IMG/VR virus record: IMGVR_UViG_3300027563_000002
Span: 32,001-96,000 of that record
Origin: a virus
Taxonomy: Duplodnaviria > Caudoviricetes
Length of the DNA: 64,000 nucleotides
Reading direction: 5' to 3' (one strand)
Positions 54,972 to 64,000 of the stretch are shown here, piece by piece. The notes under the pieces were generated by a model, which worked only from the letters and a program-made list of their open reading frames with translations, ran no database searches and was not told the DNA's origin. The translations under genes and the position numbers were made by a program. The first letter of the stretch is position 1, and every line of letters begins with the position of its first letter.

Positions 54972-56513
54972 TCAGTATCCAAATCTTGCCTTGTAGGCCG
55001 CGTATTGTGCCTGCATTTGTGCAGTACTTAATACACCAGTCCAAACTTTGACCATGCCAATATTGCCGGCCGCGCACTCATTGCCGTCACTCTTGCTGTA
55101 CAGTTTGAGTTGGTTAAATCCGCTGATGGTACTGCTGGTATTGGTGTATGTTGGTGTTGATGTGGGCTGGACTGTGGTGCTTGAATATATGTTGCCCACA
55201 GTCTTAGTAAATGTCACAAAATCTATGTGCCACACAGTGTCTCTGGCAGCACTGGTCAAATTAATAGTGACTCCATTAGAGAACCAGGCTTTGGGATAAT
55301 TTGAATATCCGCCCATGAGCCAGTCTGGGCTTGCGGTATTGGAGTTTAACAATCGACCGTAATTAGCAGTAGTACCAACATTTAACTTGTAGGCCATCAT
55401 CACTGTGTATTTTGTGGCAGCACCAATGTTTGGGCCACCAGTGATATAAGCGGCAATACCGTCGCCACTGAAATAGTTGCTGAATATACCGCCCTGGGTA
55501 CCGGCCCACGTGATTCTTGCACCTGTGATACTGGTTGATGACTGTGACACACTGGCGCTGATGGTATACGTACCTGTGCTGCCAGTGGTACCGGTCAGTT
55601 GATTCACGATGTATGTATTAGCTGGAATTGAACCGCCGGTTATGGTCATACCTGTGGTGACAGTGCCAGTCAAGCCGCTGGCCACTGTGAGTGTTGTGCC
55701 TGTACTACTGCCAGTAAATGTTGCCACAGGCAAACTGTATGTCAATGTATAAGTGCCGGTGACATCAGTGGTACCTGTTGTGAGAGCAGGCGCCGCTGTG
55801 GTTGTTGTGATTGTGCCAGTATTAGTTAATAAATAGTTATTCAAAGACATATCCATAAACGGTGCGGCGGTTAATGGTAGTAATGCAACTGTACCCGACA
55901 CAGCTCTCAGTGTAGTGGTTGGTGCAACAAAATTAGCAGTATAAATTCCTGTGCCTTTGATTATGCGGAAGTTTGAAATATATCCGGGCCAATAAGTATT
56001 AGCAGCCGCTGTCATGTCACGCCCAATACTGAGAACAGATGAACTATCATTGATATTATTGGTATCAGCATAGGTTGAACCTATTTGCGTTCCGTTTTGA
56101 TATACACTTGTTTGACCACTAACTCTCGAAATAGCAAAATGTACCCAAGTAGTCAAGTAACTAGATAGTACACTGCTAAATGTAAAATTACCATTTTCCC
56201 AAAAATAAAATGTGCCGCTTTCTATGCTGACTGCAACTGATGCAGTTGGGGAGGTACCAACTGAGAATACTCGCGGAAAGGTACCTGCGCCGGTCTGATA
56301 TTGCCACCATTCAATGGTAAAATCGCCCGTACCAAAGGCCCAATCAGTGCTGGCCGGTAATGTTAAATATTGGGTCGAACCGTCAAAACTGGCACTGGTT
56401 GTTATGCTGGTGCCAACTCGGCCGCCCAATGCGGCAGCATCTAGATTGTACACCAGCGTGGCTGGTGCATCAATGCTGTAACTGGATAACAACCCACCCA
56501 TTATTCCACTCAT
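54972..56513 (-). CDS. Tail/receptor-binding protein with ConA/LamG-like domains
   Basis: FGTGDFTIEWW, WVHFAISR, GYISNFRI; Thr-rich linker. Confidence 0.8.
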   Translation of the reverse strand: MSGIMGGLLSSYSIDAPATLVYNLDAAALGGRVGTSITTSASFDGSTQYLTLPASTDWAFGTGDFTIEWWQYQTGAGTFPRVFSVGTSPTASVAVSIESGTFYFWENGNFTFSSVLSSYLTTWVHFAISRVSGQTSVYQNGTQIGSTYADTNNINDSSSVLSIGRDMTAAANTYWPGYISNFRIIKGTGIYTANFVAPTTTLRAVSGTVALLPLTAAPFMDMSLNNYLLTNTGTITTTTAAPALTTGTTDVTGTYTLTYSLPVATFTGSSTGTTLTVASGLTGTVTTGMTITGGSIPANTYIVNQLTGTTGSTGTYTISASVSQSSTSITGARITWAGTQGGIFSNYFSGDGIAAYITGGPNIGAATKYTVMMAYKLNVGTTANYGRLLNSNTASPDWLMGGYSNYPKAWFSNGVTINLTSAARDTVWHIDFVTFTKTVGNIYSSTTVQPTSTPTYTNTSSTISGFNQLKLYSKSDGNECAAGNIGMVKVWTGVLSTAQMQAQYAAYKARFGY

Positions 56514-59500
56514 TATGTCAGTCCTGTTCCGTTGATGTACCACACTGTGCTTGTGACCTTGACCGCAGTGGCCATGGCATTGGCTGATAGTGTTCTTGTG
56601 CCTGTTGAGCCTGTGCCTGCCAGATACAGGGTGTCTGACGTGATGGCAATGCTGGTGGCGCTTGAAGCCGGTCCGGCAATGAATGTTATGGCAGTGCCTA
56701 TGGGGTACGCCACTGAACTGTTGGCAGGAATAGTAACTGTTTGACTGGCACCTGTGATGTAGACCAGTTTGCCAGCATCCACAATGGTCAGTGTACCTGT
56801 ACCTGTTACAGAACTCACTGGCAGGCCTATGTAACCCACACCGTTGGCAGGAGTTGCTGTGGTAGGTGCCAGCACGTTGGCCACAATACCTGTGTTGGCT
56901 ATGACCAACACGTTGGCATTGCCAGCAGTGCTGAACAGTATGTTTGCGCTGATAGTAGGAATACTGATGTTGCTGGTGCCATTGGCGTAGATACCAATCA
57001 AGTTACCGCCAGTGACATTGCCTGTGGCCGAGATCAATCCGCCAGTGCGTAAATTGCCACTCTGAACGTTGCCAGTCACACTGAGTACACCAACAGGTAT
57101 ATTGACATTGCCGGTTCCATTGGGGTTCAGGTTGATGTTGCCATTGGATGATGTATTGATCCACAATTCGCCTATGTCAACAATGTTACCTGTCAAGCTC
57201 AAGTTGCCTGCTGATGTGATGGTTCCTGTTGCAGATACGATTCCTGCTGTCAATAAGTTGCCACCGGTGACATTGCCTGTGCCATTAATCAAGCCAGGAG
57301 TTGTAATATTACCACCAGCAATGTTTGACGTTACGTTTAGATTGCTGACAACATTTGAGCTAAGACTCAGGCCAGCAGCATTTAGATTGCCGCCAGTGAC
57401 ATTGCCAGTGGCACTAACTAACCCACTTGTCAACACATTGCCACCAGTGATATTTGCTGCACTTGTGATAGTTGATGTTGCTGAAATCAATCCGCCTGTC
57501 AATATATTACCACCAGTAACGTTTGCACTTACACTTACTGTGGTACCTGTATGAGTAGTAGCATTGACATTGGCACCACCCAAAATGTTGCCACCTGTGA
57601 CATTGCCTGTGGCACTGATTAGGCCGCCTGTGAGTATGTTGCCAGCTGTGACATTACCAGTCACTACCACGGCATTAGGAGTGACCACAACAACATTGGC
57701 TGTGCCACCAGAAGATATATTGACATTTCCGTTGGCTGCTGGTATGTTGACATTGCTTGTGCCATTTGAATAGTTGCCAACAAACTGTGCGGCAGAAAGA
57801 CTTCCACCAACTGACACATTACCAGTTATGGTCATTGTTTCCAGCGTGTTCAGGGCAAAGATTGCGTTCATTGCCTTGACATAGGCACTACTGTTTACAC
57901 CCAACGTTGTTGTAATACCACCTGCTTGAGTACCAGTTACTCTAACTTTTACTGTTTGATTGGTTGAAGGAGTATAAACCAACTTGCTGATTATGTTAAA
58001 GTTATGCTGTGCATAATTATAGTTGTAACTATATGCTGTGGCGAATGATCCGCTATTACCATCTAATGCTGTGTTGGTAGAAGCATCAACCCAATCATAC
58101 TGAACATATGCATCATTGGAACTTCCACTAAAAGTCCAACTTGGAGTAAATGACAACTCATAAGTTGTACCAGCAACCAGTGTGTAAACACCAGTGCTGG
58201 TATTGTATGTGACTGAACTACCCACAGATTGGTCTGTTGTGTTTAGGATCACATCACCAGCACTTGTAAAAGTTTGGTTTGTTCCTGTTCTTGTGGTTGC
58301 TATGTAGTTTGTGGCAACGGTGCCAGTAGCAGTGGCTTGAACCGCTATGGCAGGATTGACCTGTGTGATTTCAATTGTGGCATAATTAGCACTTACAGAG
58401 ATTGTATTAACTGTGGTTTGTCTTAGTTCGTATGTGGTGTTAACACTGGGTGTGACATAGACAGTGGCCACATTGGTTGAACCGATTGCCGCTGAACCAG
58501 TTACTACTTCACTGAATCCTTCTATACCAACATAAGCGGCATTGGTCACATCATACCATCTAAATGCGCCCCAGGTTGAACTTGAAGTCAATCGTCTAAC
58601 AATGGCTTCTAATTTATAAGTATTACCGGCTGCCAGTGTCACCTGCGAGTTGCTGGTCTTGGTTATGATACTGCCATTGCTGGCATTTGTGGTCTGAAAG
58701 TTAACAACGCCATTTAGTCCCACTGATTGGTCAGTGGTGTTTTGTGCCAGTAGATATGCTCCATTGACATAACCATAAGTTGTTGGCTGACCGTTGACGA
58801 TAACACTGGTGGCAACCACATTACCAGCAGTGACGTTGCCGGTGACACTCACTGTGGTTCCTGTCAAGTTGCCCACAAACGAGTTGGCTGTGGTGATATT
58901 GCCTGTGGCAGATACTTGACCGGCTGTGAGTATGTTGCCGCCTGTAACATTAGCTGTGACGCTTACTGTGGTGCCTGTATGTGTGGTTGCATTGACATTG
59001 GCACCACCCAAGATGTTGCCACCAGTGATGTTGCCAGTAGCACTAACAACACCACCAGTTCTTACATTGCCACCTGTGATATTACCAGTTGCGCTGACAA
59101 CCCCAGTCACAAACGCACCTGTGGTGGCAAATTGCACAACGTTTGCAGTTCCGCCCACGCCCACAGTGATGTTGCCACCTGAGCTGACCACTGTGACATT
59201 ACTTGTGCCAGAGTTGATGTTGGCCACTGAAGTGATCACACCAGTCAGTAGTGCGCCATTGCCCAGAATGTAGTTGCCTGTGACATTGCCAGTGGCACTC
59301 ACTTGACCAGCAGTCACAACATTGCCACCTGTGACGTTGCCCACTGCACTGATGCCAATGTTGCTGTTCCAGGCCTGGGCGCTGTAGTTGTACAAGAAAG
59401 TGGCTTCATTGGTGTTGCCAACCACAAATCCAGCACCGTTGGCACTGATGCCTGTGGTGGCGTTGGCCAGGCCAAATACCAAATTAGTCGTGGTAATATT

Positions 59501-62500
59501 GGTAAGATTGTTGTAGGTCAAGTTGCCTTGAACTTGTAGATTACCAGTAACCACACCAGTTCCATTAATGGTCAGCCCACCTGCGGTAACATTGCCCACA
59601 GCACTGACATTGCCAGGAGCACTTAAATTACCAGTTTCATCAAATTTCCAAAGCTTCACAGTCGCAACATTACCTGAATCAGATTGTGCTTGTAGTATCA
59701 CCTTGGCAAGATTGTCGCCGGCTCTGTTAACAGCGACAGCCGCATACTGACTTGCCGCATTGGGATCTACAGTCCACGCTAGTGCCGCAGAACCACTATT
59801 ACCCTGTCCTTGAACGCTGAATAGCTTTCCAGAGTCTGCAATGATCTTAGGATACTGAACGTTTCCGTTATAATCAATTGATACACCAATAGGTAATGTT
59901 AAACTACCATCTGTGCCAAATGTCCATTGTGCTGAGTTTCCATTGGCATTATCGCTACCGATCACAACATTGCCGGTATTAGCCAGTTTTACATACTTGC
60001 CGTCATCACCAAAGTATTGGTCAAAATAAGCATTGTTGCCTGTATCAAGGTGTATGTGTGTGGCAACATCGCCACCACGCACTCGAATATATTGTAAATT
60101 GCCCACGCTTTCTGTGCCCGGAGCCAGGTACAGGCCACTGCCACCCACTTGATCACCAGTGCCTACCACAGCTTGATCGTCGAATGTGACATTGCCTGTG
60201 TTGCCACCACCTCCTCCAGCCGCAATCCAAGTTCCTGTGCCCGACAGCACATTGCTCACATTGCCATCTAGATTGATTGCAGCAACGTTGCCCAGGTTGT
60301 CAGCAATGATATTGCCAAACACCTGCAGTCCATCGTGTACAGACACCAGGGTTGAGTCATCGCTGGTGATGTTGTTGATCACAAGATTAACAGCTGACAA
60401 ATTGCCACCTGTGACATTGCCTGTGGCCGAAATCAATCCACCTGTTAAGACATTGCCGCTGGTGACATTACCTGTGGTTGATACTGGATTGCTACCTAAT
60501 GCGGCCAAGTTGGCCACAACGTCGGCATTGCCATATGTGGCGGCAATGCCAGTCAATTGACTTCCATTACCAATAAAAAAGTTACCAGAGACATTGGCAG
60601 TTGTGGTGATATTGGCTGCTGAAACCAGTGCCGACACAACATTACCTGACAAGCTGAGTCCGGTGGCATTTAAATTGCCACCATTGACGTTTGCTGCACT
60701 TGTGATAGTTGATGTTGCTGATATCAATCCACCTGTGAGTACGTTACCACCAGTTACGTTTGCACTAACTGACACAGTGGTGCCTGTGTGCGTAGTTGCA
60801 TTGACATTGGCGCCACCCAGAATATTACCACCTGTGATGTTGCCTGTGGTGCTGACTGGATTTGATCCCAATGCGGCCAAATTGGCCACAACATTGGCGT
60901 TGCCATACGTGGCTGCCAATCCAGTCAATTGTGAACCATTACCAACAAAATAATTGCCTGTCACATTGCCCACAGCACTGACTTGTCCTGCAGTGGTAAG
61001 ATTGCCAGTGGCTGTGTTCCCTGTAACATTTAGGCTAGTAAGAGTACCCACTGAAGTAATATTGGCCTGGGCTGCTGTGGTCACTGTGCCTGCTGTTGTG
61101 GCTGTGACTGCACTGCCAACTGCTATGTTTGACACATTGGCATCAGACACCACAATATTGGCCACCATACCACCATGAATACTACACTGATATTTGTAAT
61201 TGCCTGTTATGCCATAAGGCACTTTCCAGTACAAGGTGCCCGCTACCTGACCCTGTGCTGCACTGTCAGCCAGCACTGTGCCTGTGGTGGCCACATGTGA
61301 CAGGCCTGTGCTGTAGTTGGCACCAGCACTGTCTCTAATCAAGAATGGATGTCCAGACACATTTAGATTGAATGCCAGTGTCTGACCACTGGAAATATAC
61401 AACACAGGATTCAGTGTGCTGGTGCCATACTGATCAAAAATATACCCAGATGAGCCACTGGCTGTGACATTAAGTCTGGTTATGCCCTGCAGATACAATT
61501 CATCTGTGGTCAACCCTGCTGTGTTGAAAGTTGTTATGTTACCAAAAGTCAATGAGCCCAGAGCTGAACCATTGCCCACAAAATAACCAGCAGTGACATT
61601 GCCTGTGGTTGACACAGGGTTTGTGTCTAATGCAGCCAAATTGGCCACAACATTGGCATTGCCATATGTGGCTGCAATACCTGTCAGTTGTGAGCCATTG
61701 CCCAGGATGTAATTACCTGTAATATTGCCACTGGCACTGAGACTTGTGAGAATACCCACTGAGGTGATATTGGCCTGTGCATTTGAAGTAACTGTGCCAG
61801 CAGTTGTGGCCGAAGTAGCAGTGCCTGCTGAGGTAGCAAATGTGGCGTTGGCCACTGTGCCTGTGACATTGGCTCCGGTGATTGACGTCAAGGCTGCACC
61901 ATTGCCAATGATGTTGGCGCCGGTGATGTTGCCAGTGCTTGAGATTGTGCCTGTCACAACCATAGCGTTGGTGCCATAGTCAAATATAAAATTAGTACTG
62001 GCACCTGCATTGCCATTGGCGTTGTACAACACCTGAGTGTTTGAACCAGGCACTGTGAGGTTGCCAGAAATATTGCCAGCAAAAGTACCCACAAAATAAC
62101 CAGCAGTGGTTATGTTGCCTGTGGTTGATATGGTGTTGGCTGTGAGATTGCCTGTGTATGTGGGCAAGAAAGCTCCCACATTGGCATTGCCATAGTTGGC
62201 AGGCAGCCCAGTCAGCTGTGAGCCATTGCCAAATATATAACCAGCAGTGACATTGCCTGTGGTTGATACTGGATTAGAGCCCATTGCTGCCAGGTTGGCC
62301 ACAACATTGGCATTGCCATAACTTGATGCGGCTATGATACCTGTCAGTTGTGAGCCATTGCCCAGGATATAACCACCAGTGACATTGCCAGTGGTTGATA
62401 CTGTGTTACTTCCAAAATTACTCAGCAATGTGACCACATTGCTGTCTCCATACGAAGTACCGCCTGTGACATTTATTGTGGCCACAGCACCATTGGCAGT

Positions 62501-62905
62501 GACAGTGACACCTGTGCCTGTGAAATTGATTGCTGTGGAATTCTGTACCACAATCACTCCATTGGCCAGTACTTCAATATAGTTGGGAATATTGCCAGGA
62601 GTGATATTGGGACCAACTTCACTGGTGTTTGCAGTTACAGATTGAATTGCAGATGCGGCTGTGTTTGATGGAGGCAGCACTGGCACAACAGGCGCAGTGC
62701 CAGCATTAGCAGACTGTCCAGCCCCCGGTCCTGGCGGCACAGCAGGCGGCGCCAATTCAGGAGGCCCCACTGGAGTTCTTGCAGAGGCAATTTGTCCAGT
62801 CGTGCCCGGCCCTGGTGGCACAGCGGCCGGAGATCGATCCAGTGGTCTAACTACAGCTGATGTTAAGGTACCAGTATCTACAGGGGTGGGTCCTTGTGTG
62901 GCCAT
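56513..62905 (-). CDS. Long repetitive tail fibre (2130 aa)
   Basis: Many GN(V/I)TGGN repeats; C-terminal TIPANSSVAYPIGT..WYINGTGLT. Confidence 0.85.
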   Translation of the reverse strand: MATQGPTPVDTGTLTSAVVRPLDRSPAAVPPGPGTTGQIASARTPVGPPELAPPAVPPGPGAGQSANAGTAPVVPVLPPSNTAASAIQSVTANTSEVGPNITPGNIPNYIEVLANGVIVVQNSTAINFTGTGVTVTANGAVATINVTGGTSYGDSNVVTLLSNFGSNTVSTTGNVTGGYILGNGSQLTGIIAASSYGNANVVANLAAMGSNPVSTTGNVTAGYIFGNGSQLTGLPANYGNANVGAFLPTYTGNLTANTISTTGNITTAGYFVGTFAGNISGNLTVPGSNTQVLYNANGNAGASTNFIFDYGTNAMVVTGTISSTGNITGANIIGNGAALTSITGANVTGTVANATFATSAGTATSATTAGTVTSNAQANITSVGILTSLSASGNITGNYILGNGSQLTGIAATYGNANVVANLAALDTNPVSTTGNVTAGYFVGNGSALGSLTFGNITTFNTAGLTTDELYLQGITRLNVTASGSSGYIFDQYGTSTLNPVLYISSGQTLAFNLNVSGHPFLIRDSAGANYSTGLSHVATTGTVLADSAAQGQVAGTLYWKVPYGITGNYKYQCSIHGGMVANIVVSDANVSNIAVGSAVTATTAGTVTTAAQANITSVGTLTSLNVTGNTATGNLTTAGQVSAVGNVTGNYFVGNGSQLTGLAATYGNANVVANLAALGSNPVSTTGNITGGNILGGANVNATTHTGTTVSVSANVTGGNVLTGGLISATSTITSAANVNGGNLNATGLSLSGNVVSALVSAANITTTANVSGNFFIGNGSQLTGIAATYGNADVVANLAALGSNPVSTTGNVTSGNVLTGGLISATGNVTGGNLSAVNLVINNITSDDSTLVSVHDGLQVFGNIIADNLGNVAAINLDGNVSNVLSGTGTWIAAGGGGGNTGNVTFDDQAVVGTGDQVGGSGLYLAPGTESVGNLQYIRVRGGDVATHIHLDTGNNAYFDQYFGDDGKYVKLANTGNVVIGSDNANGNSAQWTFGTDGSLTLPIGVSIDYNGNVQYPKIIADSGKLFSVQGQGNSGSAALAWTVDPNAASQYAAVAVNRAGDNLAKVILQAQSDSGNVATVKLWKFDETGNLSAPGNVSAVGNVTAGGLTINGTGVVTGNLQVQGNLTYNNLTNITTTNLVFGLANATTGISANGAGFVVGNTNEATFLYNYSAQAWNSNIGISAVGNVTGGNVVTAGQVSATGNVTGNYILGNGALLTGVITSVANINSGTSNVTVVSSGGNITVGVGGTANVVQFATTGAFVTGVVSATGNITGGNVRTGGVVSATGNITGGNILGGANVNATTHTGTTVSVTANVTGGNILTAGQVSATGNITTANSFVGNLTGTTVSVTGNVTAGNVVATSVIVNGQPTTYGYVNGAYLLAQNTTDQSVGLNGVVNFQTTNASNGSIITKTSNSQVTLAAGNTYKLEAIVRRLTSSSTWGAFRWYDVTNAAYVGIEGFSEVVTGSAAIGSTNVATVYVTPSVNTTYELRQTTVNTISVSANYATIEITQVNPAIAVQATATGTVATNYIATTRTGTNQTFTSAGDVILNTTDQSVGSSVTYNTSTGVYTLVAGTTYELSFTPSWTFSGSSNDAYVQYDWVDASTNTALDGNSGSFATAYSYNYNYAQHNFNIISKLVYTPSTNQTVKVRVTGTQAGGITTTLGVNSSAYVKAMNAIFALNTLETMTITGNVSVGGSLSAAQFVGNYSNGTSNVNIPAANGNVNISSGGTANVVVVTPNAVVVTGNVTAGNILTGGLISATGNVTGGNILGGANVNATTHTGTTVSVSANVTGGNILTGGLISATSTITSAANITGGNVLTSGLVSATGNVTGGNLNAAGLSLSSNVVSNLNVTSNIAGGNITTPGLINGTGNVTGGNLLTAGIVSATGTITSAGNLSLTGNIVDIGELWINTSSNGNINLNPNGTGNVNIPVGVLSVTGNVQSGNLRTGGLISATGNVTGGNLIGIYANGTSNISIPTISANILFSTAGNANVLVIANTGIVANVLAPTTATPANGVGYIGLPVSSVTGTGTLTIVDAGKLVYITGASQTVTIPANSSVAYPIGTAITFIAGPASSATSIAITSDTLYLAGTGSTGTRTLSANAMATAVKVTSTVWYINGTGLT
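57453..60837 (-). repeat. Three internal copies of a GGNILGGANVNATTHTGTTVSV block in the tail fibre
   Basis: Copies near 57453-57600, 58937-59030 and 60690-60837; differences mostly synonymous. Confidence 0.8.
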
Positions 62906-63082
62906 TTTGTTGTCTTTCAGTTATGATACTGATATTTATCCGGACCAGGGATCAAACGTATCTAGTCTAGAAAACCGTCACCTGGTCAATATTTAGCAAC
63001 CAAAACATTGAAAATACCACTCCGTTATTGTCAAATCTTGCACCGTAAATACCTGGCCCTACAGGGCTTAGGAGAATCACAC

Positions 63083-63817
63083 TTGAGTAGACAAAGAGCA
63101 CAAAAAGCACAAAAACGTATGAACCTGGAAGTAGCAAACACCATAGCCTTTAACTCAGCGCCGCGAACACACACTCGCCGCATTGACTTGATCCCTCGCA
63201 CACGAAATCAAGAACGCTTGGTCATGGCTTTGCAAGATCCAGATCAACATATCGTAGTCACAGCAGGACCTGCTGGAACAGGTAAAACGTACCTGGCCAT
63301 GCTGGCCGCTGTTAAGAATCTAAAAGAAGGAGCATGCGATCGAATAGTGCTGACAAGACCCGCAGTGGGTGTGGAGGGAGAGAGTCATGGCTTTCTTCCA
63401 GGCAACCTAGTTGCCAAAATGGAACCTTGGACTCGTCCATTACTGGACGTCATGCGTGAATACTATAGGCCACAAGAAATCGTGGCCATGATTGAAGATC
63501 AGATTCTGGAAATATCTCCTCTGGCATACATGAGAGGCCGGACCTTCAAAAATTCGTGGATCATCGCAGACGAAATGCAGAATGCAACACCAGCACAGGT
63601 CAAGATGCTGATGACACGCATTGGACAAAACTCCAAGATTGTAATAACAGGAGATGTGGATCAAGCAGACCGTGTTCAGGGCGACAATGGCCTGTACGAT
63701 CTATGTGCAAAACTGACTCAAACGTCAGTGGCAGGAATTGCTGTGTGCGAAATGCAAACTCGTGATGTGCAACGCCACAGCATCATTGGGTCAGTGTTGA
63801 AACTCTACGCAGTGTAG
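63083..63817 (+). CDS. phoH: PhoH family ATPase
   Basis: GPAGTGKT, LTRPAV, GFLPG, AYMRGRTF, DEMQN, TGDVDQ; AGGAG RBS and TTG at 63083; TAAATA at 63046. Confidence 0.95.
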   Translation: MSRQRAQKAQKRMNLEVANTIAFNSAPRTHTRRIDLIPRTRNQERLVMALQDPDQHIVVTAGPAGTGKTYLAMLAAVKNLKEGACDRIVLTRPAVGVEGESHGFLPGNLVAKMEPWTRPLLDVMREYYRPQEIVAMIEDQILEISPLAYMRGRTFKNSWIIADEMQNATPAQVKMLMTRIGQNSKIVITGDVDQADRVQGDNGLYDLCAKLTQTSVAGIAVCEMQTRDVQRHSIIGSVLKLYAV

Positions 63818-64000
63818 GAGGTGATTATTGCATAGATTTCCCGCCAATTTTTAACTACAGGGTACGGGCACTCATGATTCATGTTGTGCCCGTGTTCCAT
63901 TAATATACTCTGCAAACCCAGACGATGTCCTAGGTCCGCATTTTCCGGCTTGTCCTCAATCCAGTGGAGTCCTGATCCTGCATAAGGTTCCAAGGCCGAG
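63805..64000 (-). CDS. HAD-like (5'-nucleotidase-type) protein, C-terminal part
   Basis: WIEDKPENA, HGHN, VKNWREI; runs off the window end. Confidence 0.6.
   Translation of the reverse strand, partial: SALEPYAGSGLHWIEDKPENADLGHRLGLQSILMEHGHNMNHECPYPVVKNWREIYAIITSYTA

Noticed and set aside
57453-60837. Diversity-generating retroelement template/variable repeats in the tail fibre
   Set aside because: Differences are mostly synonymous and not adenine-specific; no reverse transcriptase in the window
1-64000. tRNA, rRNA, CRISPR array, integrase or transposase
   Set aside because: None recognised; intergenic gaps are short and have no regular repeat-spacer pattern or cloverleaf
1-64000. Stop-codon reassignment as seen in some large phages
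   Set aside because: Genes are full length and tile densely in the standard code; TAA, TAG and TGA all end genes

Overview
A 64 kb piece of a large T4-like or jumbo myovirus genome, almost entirely on the minus strand and in the standard genetic code. Sigma70-type promoters, two-component spanins and a Bug/TctC solute-binding protein point to a Gram-negative host, plausibly a betaproteobacterium (inference). Layout: (1) 1-15 kb, a 7-deazaguanine DNA-modification locus (queE, queD, folE, a TGT-fold dpdA, a DpdL-like T-fold protein; no queC in the window) mixed with glycosyltransferases, galE, an aminotransferase, methyltransferases and a restriction-endonuclease-like gene. (2) 15-23 kb, replication (probable sliding clamp, family B DNA polymerase). 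(3) 23-33 kb and 50-55 kb, probable head-packaged proteins with T4 internal-protein-like N-termini. (4) 33-41 kb, ClpA, DnaJ and lysis genes. (5) 41-51 kb, a sulfation and tailoring enzyme cluster. (6) 55-63 kb, tail proteins, then phoH. Best candidate for a new system: capsid-targeted polyproteins built from unrelated domain cassettes joined by a recurring 15-nt motif, CAAGGTGTGGCGGA(A/G) = Q-G-V-A-E, which looks like both a prohead-protease site and a DNA-level shuffling junction. In one case a twin-arginine signal follows the junction directly. Also notable: a preQ1-I-like aptamer variant ahead of queD and two other structured intergenic RNAs. All assignments are by motif recognition; no searches were run.
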